64,000 nt of DNA from an uncultured Candidatus Saccharibacteria bacterium (lineage in GTDB: Bacteria > Patescibacteriota > Minisyncoccia > Phycocordibacterales > UBA9973): positions 13,887 to 77,886 of the forward strand of contig CAZYIA010000004.1 in assembly GCA_964646765.1 (NCBI GenBank), given 5' to 3'. The translations under genes were made by a program, and so were the position numbers. This document shows, one piece after another, positions 20,272 to 30,093 of the stretch (position 1 is the stretch's first letter; each line of letters starts with the position of its first letter). The notes below the pieces were generated by a model. That model did not search any database. It was not told where the DNA came from and saw only the letters and a list, made by a program, of their open reading frames with translations.

Positions 20272-20940
20272 TCAGGGGGCCGGTTGCGACTGAACAGGCT
20301 GAACAGGTTGCTGCGGTCGCGTTGGAGTCGTGGGGCGCTGCTTACCCGTTTCCGTAGCTGCAACGCCGGCGTCGGCGCTGCCGAGCGGCTGGAAACGCAG
20401 GTACTTGTCTCGGCTGTTCAGCCGGGTCGCGTCCAGCATCCAGCGCCCATCATGTACGACGACATAGATGTACCGTTGATCGTGTAGATCGCCGTCGCTG
20501 TCCTCGGTTGGCGCAAGCCAGATCCGTAGCTCCTTGGGGGGCACGCGGATCGGCGTACCGCTGGCTGTTGTTGGCATGGTGGCAGGCGACACCACGGGCT
20601 CGGCGGCATACGCCAACCGCGCAGTCTTGGTGTCCGACGCCTTGTCGCCTGATTTCGACTCGGGTTTGCTGGCGTCCTTGTTCTTGGAAAGAGGCGCATC
20701 GAGATCCCGCGTCAACTCCTCGTGCTCACGCGTCCTGACGGCCGACGGCCAGTTGTTGCGATCGACGTTTGCCGAGACCCCTGAGACGGACATGCAGCTG
20801 ACACCATCAGGCGCGCTACACGTAAACTCGCTTTTACCGTCCAGGCCAGACAACATGCTTGCACAGCCGCCAAGAAGAGCGGCGCTACCAACAAAGGCCA
20901 GACGCACAATAATTTCAAAACGCACGCGCTCCATCATCAT
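20272..20940 (-). CDS. traV: lipoprotein TraV
   Basis: LGGC lipobox, FTC...GVSC, RIWLAP.ED.DGDLHD motif. Confidence 0.9.
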   Translation of the reverse strand: MMMERVRFEIIVRLAFVGSAALLGGCASMLSGLDGKSEFTCSAPDGVSCMSVSGVSANVDRNNWPSAVRTREHEELTRDLDAPLSKNKDASKPESKSGDKASDTKTARLAYAAEPVVSPATMPTTASGTPIRVPPKELRIWLAPTEDSDGDLHDQRYIYVVVHDGRWMLDATRLNSRDKYLRFQPLGSADAGVAATETGKQRPTTPTRPQQPVQPVQSQPAP

Positions 20941-21684
20941 TTACTCCTTGCGCGCCGTTTTCATTGATGCGGCGTTGTCGAGCCATTTGCTGATGGCTTC
21001 GGTATCGCGAGCGCCGGCAAGCTTGCGGCCGTCAGCACTGAAAAGCGTCGGCGTACCGTTGATGCCCAATGACTCTGCCAGGGCGACCACCTTGTCGACG
21101 GGGTGGTCGCACACTGCACCCTTGGTCTCCTTGCCGCGAAGCATCAGGTCGTCCCATGCCGCGGCACGATCCTTGGCACACCACACCCCCACGGCCTTCC
21201 GGCGCGCATCCGGGTGAATACTCGCCAACGGCATCATGAATGTGTGGATGGTGACGTTCTCCAACGCCACGAGTGATTTCTCGAGCTGTTTGCAGTACGG
21301 GCAATCCGGATCACTGAACACGTACAGTACCCGGGACCCCGTGCCCTGGATCCGCTTGAAGGCAAGAGATAGGTCCAGCCGCGAAAGATCGATTTTCTGG
21401 AGCTCCTCCATGCGATTGGCCGTCAGATCCTGCTGGGCTTTCATGTCATACAGTTTGCCAAACAGAAAATAGCGGCCGGTCGGGTCGACGTATGCAATGT
21501 TTTGCCCCATGACAACTTCCGTGAGTCCGGAGACCGGGCTCTTGTTGATCTGCTGGAATTTTGTTTTCGGGTAGAGAGTTTGCAACCGGACCGTCATTTC
21601 CGGATCGACTTCGTTGGCATGGACATGGGCCGACATGGAAAAAATGGCAGCAATAGAAATAGCAAGGGTTCCGAGGGTTCGCAT
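20941..21684 (-). CDS. dsbC: DsbC-family thiol:disulfide isomerase
   Basis: Signal peptide, FSDPDCPYC, GINGTPT. Confidence 0.93.
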   Translation of the reverse strand: MRTLGTLAISIAAIFSMSAHVHANEVDPEMTVRLQTLYPKTKFQQINKSPVSGLTEVVMGQNIAYVDPTGRYFLFGKLYDMKAQQDLTANRMEELQKIDLSRLDLSLAFKRIQGTGSRVLYVFSDPDCPYCKQLEKSLVALENVTIHTFMMPLASIHPDARRKAVGVWCAKDRAAAWDDLMLRGKETKGAVCDHPVDKVVALAESLGINGTPTLFSADGRKLAGARDTEAISKWLDNAASMKTARKE

Positions 21685-21698
21685 GGTTGATCTCCAGA

Positions 21699-23006
21699 TT
21701 AGAGTGCTTCCAGGGTGAAACCCTGGGTGAAAACAATGTCGCCAACGCGCATTGAATCGAGTTCGAGCACGGGGAAAAGTTTGTCTGCCAGCGTGATGTA
21801 GTAATTGGCGAGCCGGTCGAAAGCCTTGGAGACCCCGCCGCCTGCGGCATACCTGACTACGTCGGATGTGCTGTCGCCAGTCGTAACGGTGGTACCGAGC
21901 GCGGTCCCGGTCGTCGTTTGCGATGTGGCCTGAATCGCCGTACCGAGGGAGGAGAGCGTTCCGGTAAGAAGCGCGTTGCTGAGGACCTGGCCTGTCTTGG
22001 TAACCAACCGTGCACGCATACCGGCCTTGCCATCCTCACCGTCGAGATGTCCTTTGACGGAGATATCCGCCATTTTGTCCACGCCGATCCGGCACGAAAG
22101 ACGCTGCAGACGGATCTGCACACGCTCTGAAGACAGGTCGCCCACCGCGTCGGCCGTTGCCACGCAATCTTTCATGTTGACCCGCGCACCACCGGGCAAT
22201 CGTGCGTCACCGAGAATTCGCAGAAGAATCGGATGCGGGTTCTGTTGCGCCTGCCCCCCGGTCGGGGCGTCGACACCACCGAGAACAACAGCCCGCGCAA
22301 ACGCACCGGCGGGGATGTAGGTCTTTTCGAATTCGCCATTGACAGCGGCATCCTCGAGATAGATTCGTTCTCCGTTAGGTCCGGACCGATAGGGCCGCCC
22401 GCCGGCCGTGGACCTGGCTTGCGGTGTTGATGCCTTTTGCGTGGCGGCGGGCGGCGCGTCGAATTTGACGCTCGCAACGGCGGGCGCCGAGAGGCCGGAC
22501 GCACCCCTTCCGTAATCGACAACGCCGCCTGGCATCACCATCCCAGGACCCCCAATGACCGGTGTTCCGGCGACACCCGCTTGCGGCACGGGTTGGCCTG
22601 GCAGCAATTGTCCACCTGGCAACGCCGGCAACGCCGCCGGAGGCGGAACGGGGGCGCCACCTGAGTCAGCGGACTTCTCGACGGCCCCCTCGTCACGCTT
22701 CTTCGCTTCTTCGATCATGCGCACGAGATCAGCGTTGATTTTGTTTTGTTCGGCCATCTGGTGGCGCAACTTTTCGATGTCCTGCGCGGACCGTTCACGC
22801 CACTTTTCGCGATCAGCGGTATCGCCCGTCGCGTCGATCAGGTTACGTGTTGTCGTCACGGTTGGCTTGGCGACTGACTTGGGCTTCTCTGTCACGAAAA
22901 ACGCAGAGACGACGGCGATCGCCATGATTCCCAGACCCACGGCACCGAGAATCATGATTTGCTTCTGCCGGACTTTTTGGCTGAGAGGGCTCGTCGTGTT
23001 AGCCAT
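21699..23006 (-). CDS. traB: TraB (VirB10-like) core complex protein
   Basis: N-terminal TM, coiled coil, Pro-rich linker, YIPAG..GVDAPT..GDLSSER..GEDGKAG. Confidence 0.93.
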   Translation of the reverse strand: MANTTSPLSQKVRQKQIMILGAVGLGIMAIAVVSAFFVTEKPKSVAKPTVTTTRNLIDATGDTADREKWRERSAQDIEKLRHQMAEQNKINADLVRMIEEAKKRDEGAVEKSADSGGAPVPPPAALPALPGGQLLPGQPVPQAGVAGTPVIGGPGMVMPGGVVDYGRGASGLSAPAVASVKFDAPPAATQKASTPQARSTAGGRPYRSGPNGERIYLEDAAVNGEFEKTYIPAGAFARAVVLGGVDAPTGGQAQQNPHPILLRILGDARLPGGARVNMKDCVATADAVGDLSSERVQIRLQRLSCRIGVDKMADISVKGHLDGEDGKAGMRARLVTKTGQVLSNALLTGTLSSLGTAIQATSQTTTGTALGTTVTTGDSTSDVVRYAAGGGVSKAFDRLANYYITLADKLFPVLELDSMRVGDIVFTQGFTLEAL

Positions 23007-23703
23007 TGTTGCGCACCATGATCACGAACACATGTGTTTTCTCACCGGGGGCGAGGACATGACGATCAATTGCGATCGCAACGACTCCATGCTTGTAGAA
23101 CTCCTGTTCGCCGAGTCGCACCTGGGTACCGGACACATTGGTCAGAACAAATCGATAGCCCACCATATCTGGGCCGGTGTATTTGTCGAGCAGGCGAAAA
23201 TGGGTTTCACGCCACAAATCGAGATCCGTATTGGCGGGTTCCACAAGAAAATCCTGGAGATCGGTCTCTTGCCGTGCCATCGCCAACATGAGCCGCTTGA
23301 CTGACTTGTCCTGAGCGTTGGCCCGCGCCCCTTCCGTTCCAGGAGAGGACTTGGTCGGGACCTTTCGCTCCTTGATAAGGATGGTGTCCATCCCCATGGT
23401 CGTCGGGGTCAGGTAGATCGAATGTGTTTGCCCGGAGCTACTGGTCAACACCAGGCTGACGGGCTTGTCATCACGAGCACGAATGAGCGCGTAACCCTGT
23501 TCGTCATCCTTGACGACAGTCAGCGCTCCTTCCGGAAAATGCATGCTGGTGATGCGAGCATCCTGAATGGTCAGACGCGTCATGTCATCACGCGAAAAGT
23601 TTGCGTGAAGGGTCGCCCCCTCGTCACCCGTTTCGAGGACCTGGAGTGCATGTGCCTGGTGCGCCCCAGCCAGAAGCAGCAGTGAAAGAACGAAATTACG
23701 CAT
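22999..23703 (-). CDS. traK: type-F secretin-like protein TraK
   Basis: Signal peptide from MRNFV, FSRDDMTR, L.EQEFY..GVVAIAID...LAPGEKT. Confidence 0.88.
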   Translation of the reverse strand: MRNFVLSLLLLAGAHQAHALQVLETGDEGATLHANFSRDDMTRLTIQDARITSMHFPEGALTVVKDDEQGYALIRARDDKPVSLVLTSSSGQTHSIYLTPTTMGMDTILIKERKVPTKSSPGTEGARANAQDKSVKRLMLAMARQETDLQDFLVEPANTDLDLWRETHFRLLDKYTGPDMVGYRFVLTNVSGTQVRLGEQEFYKHGVVAIAIDRHVLAPGEKTHVFVIMVRNNG

Positions 23704-24274
23704 TTGCCCAGGGGTCTTTTTCAGTGGTGACATCTTTGATTTCCTCGAGGTACACCTTGCCTTGGAATCCGAAAACGATGAGGAAGCGACGTTGTTCCTG
23801 TTTTACGAGTTTGTCGCTGATCCAGGTGTTCAGAACACCTTCGAAAAGCACGGCTTGACGATCTTCCGAAACGCTTACGTTGGACGGGTAATACACAGTT
23901 GAGACACGGTCTTCTTTTTGCCGTGCAACTTCCGACATCAACTGCTTTTGCAGTTCGGGATAAGACGATGGCGCGACGTATTTCAACAGCTCATTGATCT
24001 GGGTTTCCGCATTGGCCGGAGAGCGGTTCAATGCCAACTGAATGAGGAACCCGCCCATCTGCTCCAGATAGGATGGGGACACTTTGTCGTCGTCGACCCA
24101 GAATGTTTTCGATACCGACGGCGGGATCAGTGTTTCACGATGTGTACGGTTGGCCTTGGCCAAGGCAATTGAAAGAGCCACCACCGAGATCAGCAGCAGC
24201 ACGTTCATGATTTGCGCATACTTGCCAATACCGGCCCGATTTTCTAGTTCTCTGGAAAAATCTGATAGTTTCAT
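23696..24274 (-). CDS. traE: conjugative transfer protein TraE
   Basis: Single TM, LIPP..KTFWV, YLEQMG..LN.SP; start reassigned to MKLSDF. Confidence 0.9.
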   Translation of the reverse strand: MKLSDFSRELENRAGIGKYAQIMNVLLLISVVALSIALAKANRTHRETLIPPSVSKTFWVDDDKVSPSYLEQMGGFLIQLALNRSPANAETQINELLKYVAPSSYPELQKQLMSEVARQKEDRVSTVYYPSNVSVSEDRQAVLFEGVLNTWISDKLVKQEQRRFLIVFGFQGKVYLEEIKDVTTEKDPWANA

Positions 24275-24294
24275 GGGTCCGAGTCCGTGTCCGG

Positions 24295-24585
24295 TTAGCC
24301 AACGAAATTGCGCGAGCAAGACGGTGGAGTTCTCCGGTTGCCAATGCTCACCGGGGAGAACCAGTAAAGCAGGTGAACGGAATACCCTGCCTGGCGTCCG
24401 CTTTTTGCCTTCTGATAGACGTGGCCAAGAAACAAAGCCAGCCCTAGCGGAGTAAAAAAAGCGCCCATCAGAATCCCAATCCCCAGGACCACCATGAAAA
24501 TCATCGCGACATCCATGTCCCAAAGAAATACCTTGGGCATGGCATCGAGATTTTTCGGAATGAAGATCTTGAGGTTTTCGTTCAT
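24295..24585 (-). CDS. traL: conjugative transfer protein TraL
   Basis: IPKNLD..WDMD, HLLYW..TPPS..R.F.G. Confidence 0.92.
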   Translation of the reverse strand: MNENLKIFIPKNLDAMPKVFLWDMDVAMIFMVVLGIGILMGAFFTPLGLALFLGHVYQKAKSGRQAGYSVHLLYWFSPVSIGNRRTPPSCSRNFVG

Positions 24586-24609
24586 GATGGGCGCTCCGGC
24601 AGTTCCTGC

Positions 24610-24903
24610 TTAGATGGTGGCAGTGAACATGTTGGTCACGACACCCGGGCCGATAGTCAGCACGAGCGCCACGACGATACCGAAGATCGCCGGGATGATG
24701 CTCTGCTTGGCGATACCGATACCGGAACCGAACAGGAACGCGATCAGCGCCAGGGCCTTGGCCAGGTAGCCCTGCGTCCAGGACGTCATCATGTTGTAGA
24801 GACCGCCGAATTCGTTGTCGGTCGCGGACGTCGCAACGGCAGCGCCGGTCATGGCGAGCAGGCCGACAGCAACGAGAACGGTTTTGGTCATGTTTTTGCG
24901 CAT
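24610..24903 (-). CDS. traA: conjugative pilin TraA
   Basis: Signal peptide, EF..LY...W.QGYL, two hydrophobic helices, ending TATI; RBS AGGAG; lies upstream of traL. Confidence 0.9.
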   Translation of the reverse strand: MRKNMTKTVLVAVGLLAMTGAAVATSATDNEFGGLYNMMTSWTQGYLAKALALIAFLFGSGIGIAKQSIIPAIFGIVVALVLTIGPGVVTNMFTATI

Positions 24904-24993
24904 GGTATTACTCCTAAAAAATGGACTGCATTGAGGGATGATTGGGTCCGTTTTTCCGAAGAGTCCGTGTACAACACAGCGACTGCTGTACGA

Positions 24994-25308
24994 TCAGCCC
25001 GGCTGTACAGCCAGGCCATTTCCTGTCATCTGGTCAATCTGGTCGATGTCGGTGCGCAACGATTGCCTTACATACTCCAGCCACCGGCGCTGCGTATCCT
25101 CATCGGCCAGCACAAGATCGATGGCTGCCGTCACGAGATGCCGTTCGATATGCATGTCACGCGGCACTCCAATCTGGGCAAACCGGAATTCCTTGAGACG
25201 TTTCTTGCTTTCGCTGCGCAATAGCACCGGCTCGAACCCCGGTACGTAGTTGTTGCGTTCCGCACGATCATTTGTCTTGTTCGACACCCGTTTTTCCTCC
25301 ACTGACAA
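24994..25308 (-). CDS. hypothetical protein
   Basis: 104-aa ORF co-oriented with the operon. Start uncertain. Confidence 0.5.
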   Translation of the reverse strand: MSVEEKRVSNKTNDRAERNNYVPGFEPVLLRSESKKRLKEFRFAQIGVPRDMHIERHLVTAAIDLVLADEDTQRRWLEYVRQSLRTDIDQIDQMTGNGLAVQPG

Positions 25309-25936
25309 TTACGATCTCCAGATCCGCGCGGCGTCCGCCGAACTTGAAGCGCTCCAAGCAGTCGGCTTCCGATTTGCAGCGCACCAGCTCGGCGCCGGCG
25401 GTAATATGCGCCGCAACACCCGCACCTTTCATGTGGCGCTGGACGTGATGAGCACGAGCCAGGGCCAGCCCCATCACAGCGGATTCTTTTTCGAGATTGG
25501 TGTCCGTGAGACCGGCGACGCCCTTGATCCAGATTTCTCTGGCGTCTCTGGCCGCACCCACAAGCCTGGCCAGGGTCGCCGCTGACTCCGGGTCGACCCT
25601 GGTCGTGTTAAACAGGAATGCGATCGATTCCTTGATCCGGGTTTCCTTTGCTGCCGGCGCCGCGGGCGCAGCAACAGGCAGGCGTACCGGTTGCACGGCC
25701 GGCGCAGGGCGCGCGATGGTCTTGGGGGTGGGGCGATCGCAATCTGCGCCGAAGCACAGTACATACGGCAAATGCCCTGTATACGGTTCGCGCTGAGACA
25801 GCGACTGCGTGTAACCGACAGGCTGTGGTGGCAGCTCTGCCGCGCTGGGCGCAACCAGGGGTTCGGGTTTTTCCTTTGCAAGCAGGCCACACCCCCCGAT
25901 CAGGAAACATAGAGACAGCAATGCAAGGTGTTTCAT
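25268..25936 (-). CDS. lipoprotein with divergent OmpA-like C-terminal domain
   Basis: IGGC lipobox; IAFLFN..V, IKG..T, LALARA..V, RRADLEI. Confidence 0.75.
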   Translation of the reverse strand: MKHLALLSLCFLIGGCGLLAKEKPEPLVAPSAAELPPQPVGYTQSLSQREPYTGHLPYVLCFGADCDRPTPKTIARPAPAVQPVRLPVAAPAAPAAKETRIKESIAFLFNTTRVDPESAATLARLVGAARDAREIWIKGVAGLTDTNLEKESAVMGLALARAHHVQRHMKGAGVAAHITAGAELVRCKSEADCLERFKFGGRRADLEIVIVSGGKTGVEQDK

Positions 25937-26478
25937 GAATCCCCTTTTGCCGCAAAACTTACTGTGGCAATGCCGGGCACGTGTGAAGCGCCCTCTTGTA
26001 CGGCCACAGCAATGAACGGTGTACCTGGCTCAGCGTTTCTTGCGAGAGCCTTGTAAATCTTGACCGCGTAGCGGTTGCGCCGGATCTGACACTCCTTCTT
26101 CGAAAGACCGCGGCAGCCGACGTTGTACGCGCCAACGCCATTCCACGTGTATCCATGGCGACGGAAGTTGTCTGCCATAAGCCACGCGCCAACCTTGACG
26201 TTCATGCATCCGTCGTTCAACAGCGTGTGACGCGTGATACCCCACTGCTTCAGCTTGGCCAGATGGCTACTGTTGATCTGCATCAAACCAAGGTCCGAGG
26301 TGCCATCGGGGTTCCTGCCAACGGCCTTGCGGTTGCCACTGGACTCCACAGCCGCCGTGGCACGCAGAAGTTCTTCCGGCACGCCGTATTGCCCGGCGGC
26401 TTCCGCATAGCACGTTGCCAGGGCAGTCCCTGAAGTGGTGAACAACAATCCGAAGGTGACGGCGATCACATAACGCAT
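25933..26478 (-). CDS. lytic transglycosylase (SLT, VirB1-like)
   Basis: LL.A.A.VES, DLGLMQINS, VGAYN motifs. Confidence 0.92.
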   Translation of the reverse strand: MRYVIAVTFGLLFTTSGTALATCYAEAAGQYGVPEELLRATAAVESSGNRKAVGRNPDGTSDLGLMQINSSHLAKLKQWGITRHTLLNDGCMNVKVGAWLMADNFRRHGYTWNGVGAYNVGCRGLSKKECQIRRNRYAVKIYKALARNAEPGTPFIAVAVQEGASHVPGIATVSFAAKGDS

Positions 26479-26503
26479 GGACGGCACTGTAGCAGGGTCG
26501 CTA

Positions 26504-26896
26504 CTATAATTTTTCTGTTTTCTGTTTAGCGCGGACCGGCTCGGACGTGGCGTCAAGCTTGCTGTCGCTGTCCTTGTGCGACGCGGTCGTTGGGGCCGTG
26601 ATGCTCGCGGCAGAGTCTTGTGCTTCGTTCTGCATGAGCCACTGCAGATATTCCTCTTCGTACACCGATCGCCACACCATGTAGCGGCATCCGTAAACCC
26701 ATTGGTTCATGGTTGCCTGAACCGGTGTGGTGAACTGATCGGCCAGCAGCGCCGTGCCGGACACGGTGATTTTTCCGAAAACCTCGACGGGTTCGCACGT
26801 TCGTTCGATTCGTTCCGCCCCATCGGTTGTGAGAAAGATCCGCACGACCCAGGTGAACACCAGAACAAAAAACAGGAGCGAGAAGGGCTTGAACAT
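26504..26896 (-). CDS. membrane-anchored hypothetical protein, first gene of the tra transcript
   Basis: N-terminal TM and ERIERTC.P...YGCRY.VW segment. Confidence 0.65.
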   Translation of the reverse strand: MFKPFSLLFFVLVFTWVVRIFLTTDGAERIERTCEPVEVFGKITVSGTALLADQFTTPVQATMNQWVYGCRYMVWRSVYEEEYLQWLMQNEAQDSAASITAPTTASHKDSDSKLDATSEPVRAKQKTEKL

Positions 26897-26923
26897 GATC
26901 AGCGTTGCAGCGCGATGTTGGGC

Positions 26924-26962
26924 TGCCAAAATTATAGTGATGCGGTCACTATAATTTTGGCA
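26924..26962. promoter_or_regulatory. perfect 17-bp inverted repeat carrying TATAAT on both strands
   Basis: tgccaaaattatagtga-tgcgg-tcactataattttggca at the tra / erf-traD divergence point. Confidence 0.75.
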
Positions 26963-27072
26963 CTTTCACCTGGAACCTCTCTGTCATGACGCAACCGCTG
27001 CCATCCGGTGCAAGGCCTTCGAATTCACGTGGTGTGGATCCAGGTTTTGCTCTTTTTTTGAGGAGAGCAACG

Positions 27073-28107
27073 ATGATTGAGACGGCAACAACGCCGGCGC
27101 AAGCCGAGGACGCACGCCCTTATCCAAGGGTTGCGTGTCACGGAGCATCGACGATTCAGATCGGCACCCTGACCCTGTCGGGGGAGTTTGACGAAATCGT
27201 CGCGGGGCTGGGTGCGGTGCAGGCGGCCATTAACGAGAATCGGCTTGTCGCCGAATCCCGGAACGAGGTGCTGGGGAATCCCTATGCATCGCTCCCGGCG
27301 ATCCTGCGTGCCCTGACGCCGCACCTTAAAGCTGCGGGCATCACCCTCCTGCAACCGTGGGAATCACACGGGGACATCGTGCGGGTGACGACTGTCTTCC
27401 TGAAAGGGAAGCAGTTTGCCGCCATGTCGGCGTCGATCCGGGCAGACAACAGTCTGCCGCAGGCTATCGGCAGCGCGACGACCTACTGCTGCCGGTACTC
27501 GGTTCGCGCCATGCTGGGCCTCGCGGTCGACGGTCCTGATGACCAGGATGACGATGGCAACCTGGCATCCGGAGTAACGGCCAGGGGGGCATCCTCGAAG
27601 CCGCGTGCGGACGCCACGAGCGACCGCAAGGGAGAGCAGCCAACCGGGTACTCGGAGAAACTGCGCGGGTACCTGAAGCGGGTGGCGACGGCGGATCTTG
27701 CCGGGCTGACCTCCGCGGAGGCGCAGGTACCTGCCTTCGGCCTTGCGGAGACAGAGGAAAAAGTGCTCCTCGATGCCATTCGTGAGCGCAAGCAGGCACT
27801 CGGAGCCGACGGTAGTGGTGTTGCCGAAGGCGCCGGTTCCCCGACACCCAAGGTCTCCGCGCAAGCCGATACCACGAAGACGGCTGCCGCCGGCACGCAA
27901 AAAGGCCAGGCGAAGCAGTCAAGCGAGCCTTCCGCGAAGCTGCGCGGGTACCTGAAGCGCGTGGCGACGGCGGGTCTTGCCGGGCTGGCCTCCGCGGAGG
28001 CGCAGGTGCCCGCCTTCGGCCTTGCGGAGGAAGAGGAAAAAGCGCTCCTCGATGCCATTCTCGAGCGCAAGCAAACGCTTGCAGGTCCGGCTTCGGACAG
28101 CGTGTAA
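27073..28107 (+). CDS. ERF-family single-strand annealing protein with duplicated C-terminal helical domain
   Basis: YASL..IL....P.L...GI...Q, QAIGSATTY..RY....LG...DDDGN motifs; RBS GAGGAG. Confidence 0.85.
   Translation: MIETATTPAQAEDARPYPRVACHGASTIQIGTLTLSGEFDEIVAGLGAVQAAINENRLVAESRNEVLGNPYASLPAILRALTPHLKAAGITLLQPWESHGDIVRVTTVFLKGKQFAAMSASIRADNSLPQAIGSATTYCCRYSVRAMLGLAVDGPDDQDDDGNLASGVTARGASSKPRADATSDRKGEQPTGYSEKLRGYLKRVATADLAGLTSAEAQVPAFGLAETEEKVLLDAIRERKQALGADGSGVAEGAGSPTPKVSAQADTTKTAAAGTQKGQAKQSSEPSAKLRGYLKRVATAGLAGLASAEAQVPAFGLAEEEEKALLDAILERKQTLAGPASDSV
27658..28079 (+). repeat. internal direct repeat (~143 bp x2) in the ERF gene
   Basis: 27658-27800 and 27937-28079 both encode KLRGYLKRVATAxLAGLxSAEAQVPAFGLAExEEKxLLDAIxERKQxL. 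Confidence 0.9.
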
Positions 28108-28113
28108 CCCCCT

Positions 28114-28153
28114 GACCCCGCGTTCGGATTCATCCGACCGGGGTCTTGTTTTT
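28114..28153 (+). terminator. terminator-like hairpin, member of the dispersed family
   Basis: gacccc-gcgttcgg-attcat-ccgacc-ggggtc followed by ttgttttt. Confidence 0.6.
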
Positions 28154-28164
28154 GGAGCGAGGCG

Positions 28165-30093
28165 ATGGATCTGGCATTTCCGGGGACGTTGAACCTGACC
28201 ATCAGAAAGTGGGTGCGACGGCTTGGGGCTCTGTTCAATCACCTGCACGAACTGAAATTCGGCGCCGCCGTGGACACGGCAGGGCTTACGCTCGTGTGTC
28301 TGGCGGCAATGGCGACAAGCCCGATGTTTTCGCCGGGCATTGAAAGCCCCCTGTTTGCCGTGATGGTTGTTCTCATGGCTCTGATCGGTTCGGCGTGGGT
28401 CGTGTGGCGACTGCTTGAGCCGGTGCGCGAGGACCACATCCTGGACAGCACGCTCAACATCAGTTCGGCGCCCAGTCCCTACGAGCAATCCCGTGAGGGC
28501 AAGACAACCGGCCTCCTGATTGGATACAGCACCGATCAAGGACGCCCCATCTGGGTTGACGACGAGTTCCTCAAGCGTCACCTGTTCTGCGTCGGACAGT
28601 CCGGTACCGGCAAGACAGTCTTCGCCATGCTGCTTCTGTTTCAGCAGATCCAGCGTGGCGGCGGCGCCCTGTTCATCGACGGCAAGATCGACGCGAGCAA
28701 CATCGAGCAGATCAAGAATTTCTGTTGCTGGGCGGGCCGGCAGCACGACCTTCTCATCATCAACCCCGACAAACCTGATGAATCACCGACGAACACCTAC
28801 AACCCCATTTTGCACGGCGACCCGGACGAAGTGGCGGATCGGCTGTTGCAACTCATCCCGTCGACCGAATCCAATCCCGGCGCGGATCACTACAAACAGG
28901 AAGCAAAACAGGCACTGAACACGATCATTGCCGCGCTTCAGGCGTGCCGGCTGCGGTACAACATGATTGACATGGTCGTCTTGCTCATCAACCAGCGGGC
29001 GATGGAAGAACTGGAAAACAAGCTGATCGTAACCGCGCCGGAGGACGAGGCGACGAAGAACTTCAGTCTCTTTCTCGACAAGTTCCGCATGCCAGAGTGG
29101 GACAAGAACAATCCTGGCGGCATCGACATGAACAAGCTGAAACAGTCGCTTGGCGGTATTGCAGGGCGACTGTACACGTTCGGTACGGGCAACTTCGGCC
29201 AGATCATGAACACCTACGATCCGGACGTGGTGCTTTACGACGCCATCCGCAGCAACAAGATCGTCGTCTGCGGACTGCCCACCATGGGCAAGGGGACGAC
29301 CGCGCGCAACTTCGGCCGGCTGGTAATTGGCGATCTGCGCACCGCGATCTCATGGCTGCAGCGCCTGCCGGAGGCGGAACGCCCAAATCCGCCGTTTCTT
29401 GCCCTGTGTGATGAAGCCGGATCCTACGTGAATGACGAGTGGAGCCGGATTCCAGAACAAACTCGCTCCGCGAACGTGATTTTTGCTCCATTCGCCCAAA
29501 CCGCGGCCAACTTTCAGGCGATCAGTGACGAGCTTTACGAAATGGTCGTCGGTAACAGTTGGACGAAGGTGGTATTCAAGGTCGGCACCCAGGGCACCGC
29601 CCTTGAAACGGCCGAGCTCATCGGCATGGAAAAGACCGTCGTGAAGACGCTTGGTGATTCCGAGAATGAAAGCGCCTCGTTCGAGTCGTTGCGCGCGGCA
29701 CCCGGCATCAACGTGGGCAAATCGGCCGGTGCGACATTCCAGGAGCGCGAGCAGGAAGACTATCGCGTCTCGCCGGACCAGCTGAAAAGTCTCGACATGG
29801 GCGAGGCGGTCATTACGTTCGGCCACACCGAACTGTTCAGCGTACGAATTCCCAGGCTCACTTTTGACAGCAAGGTCGTGGCGGAATTCGGGGAAGTCAC
29901 CCTGAACCGCTTCCGGCCGCGTGGCGTGCGCGGTGCGGACTTCTTCAAGAACACCGACAGGTATCTCGCGCCGACGCACATCAAGCGATTGCAGAAAAAG
30001 GCCGACGCAGAAGACGCCGAAGATCTCCGCAGGATGGAGAAAAAGGCCAGGCAGATCGATCACATGACCGACGACGACGAATATGAAGACTGA
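28165..30093 (+). CDS. traD: type IV coupling protein (TraD/VirD4-like)
   Basis: N-terminal TMs, Walker A GQSGTGKT, FIDGK, YNP, Walker B CDEAG, acidic C-tail. Confidence 0.9.
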   Translation: MDLAFPGTLNLTIRKWVRRLGALFNHLHELKFGAAVDTAGLTLVCLAAMATSPMFSPGIESPLFAVMVVLMALIGSAWVVWRLLEPVREDHILDSTLNISSAPSPYEQSREGKTTGLLIGYSTDQGRPIWVDDEFLKRHLFCVGQSGTGKTVFAMLLLFQQIQRGGGALFIDGKIDASNIEQIKNFCCWAGRQHDLLIINPDKPDESPTNTYNPILHGDPDEVADRLLQLIPSTESNPGADHYKQEAKQALNTIIAALQACRLRYNMIDMVVLLINQRAMEELENKLIVTAPEDEATKNFSLFLDKFRMPEWDKNNPGGIDMNKLKQSLGGIAGRLYTFGTGNFGQIMNTYDPDVVLYDAIRSNKIVVCGLPTMGKGTTARNFGRLVIGDLRTAISWLQRLPEAERPNPPFLALCDEAGSYVNDEWSRIPEQTRSANVIFAPFAQTAANFQAISDELYEMVVGNSWTKVVFKVGTQGTALETAELIGMEKTVVKTLGDSENESASFESLRAAPGINVGKSAGATFQEREQEDYRVSPDQLKSLDMGEAVITFGHTELFSVRIPRLTFDSKVVAEFGEVTLNRFRPRGVRGADFFKNTDRYLAPTHIKRLQKKADAEDAEDLRRMEKKARQIDHMTDDDEYED

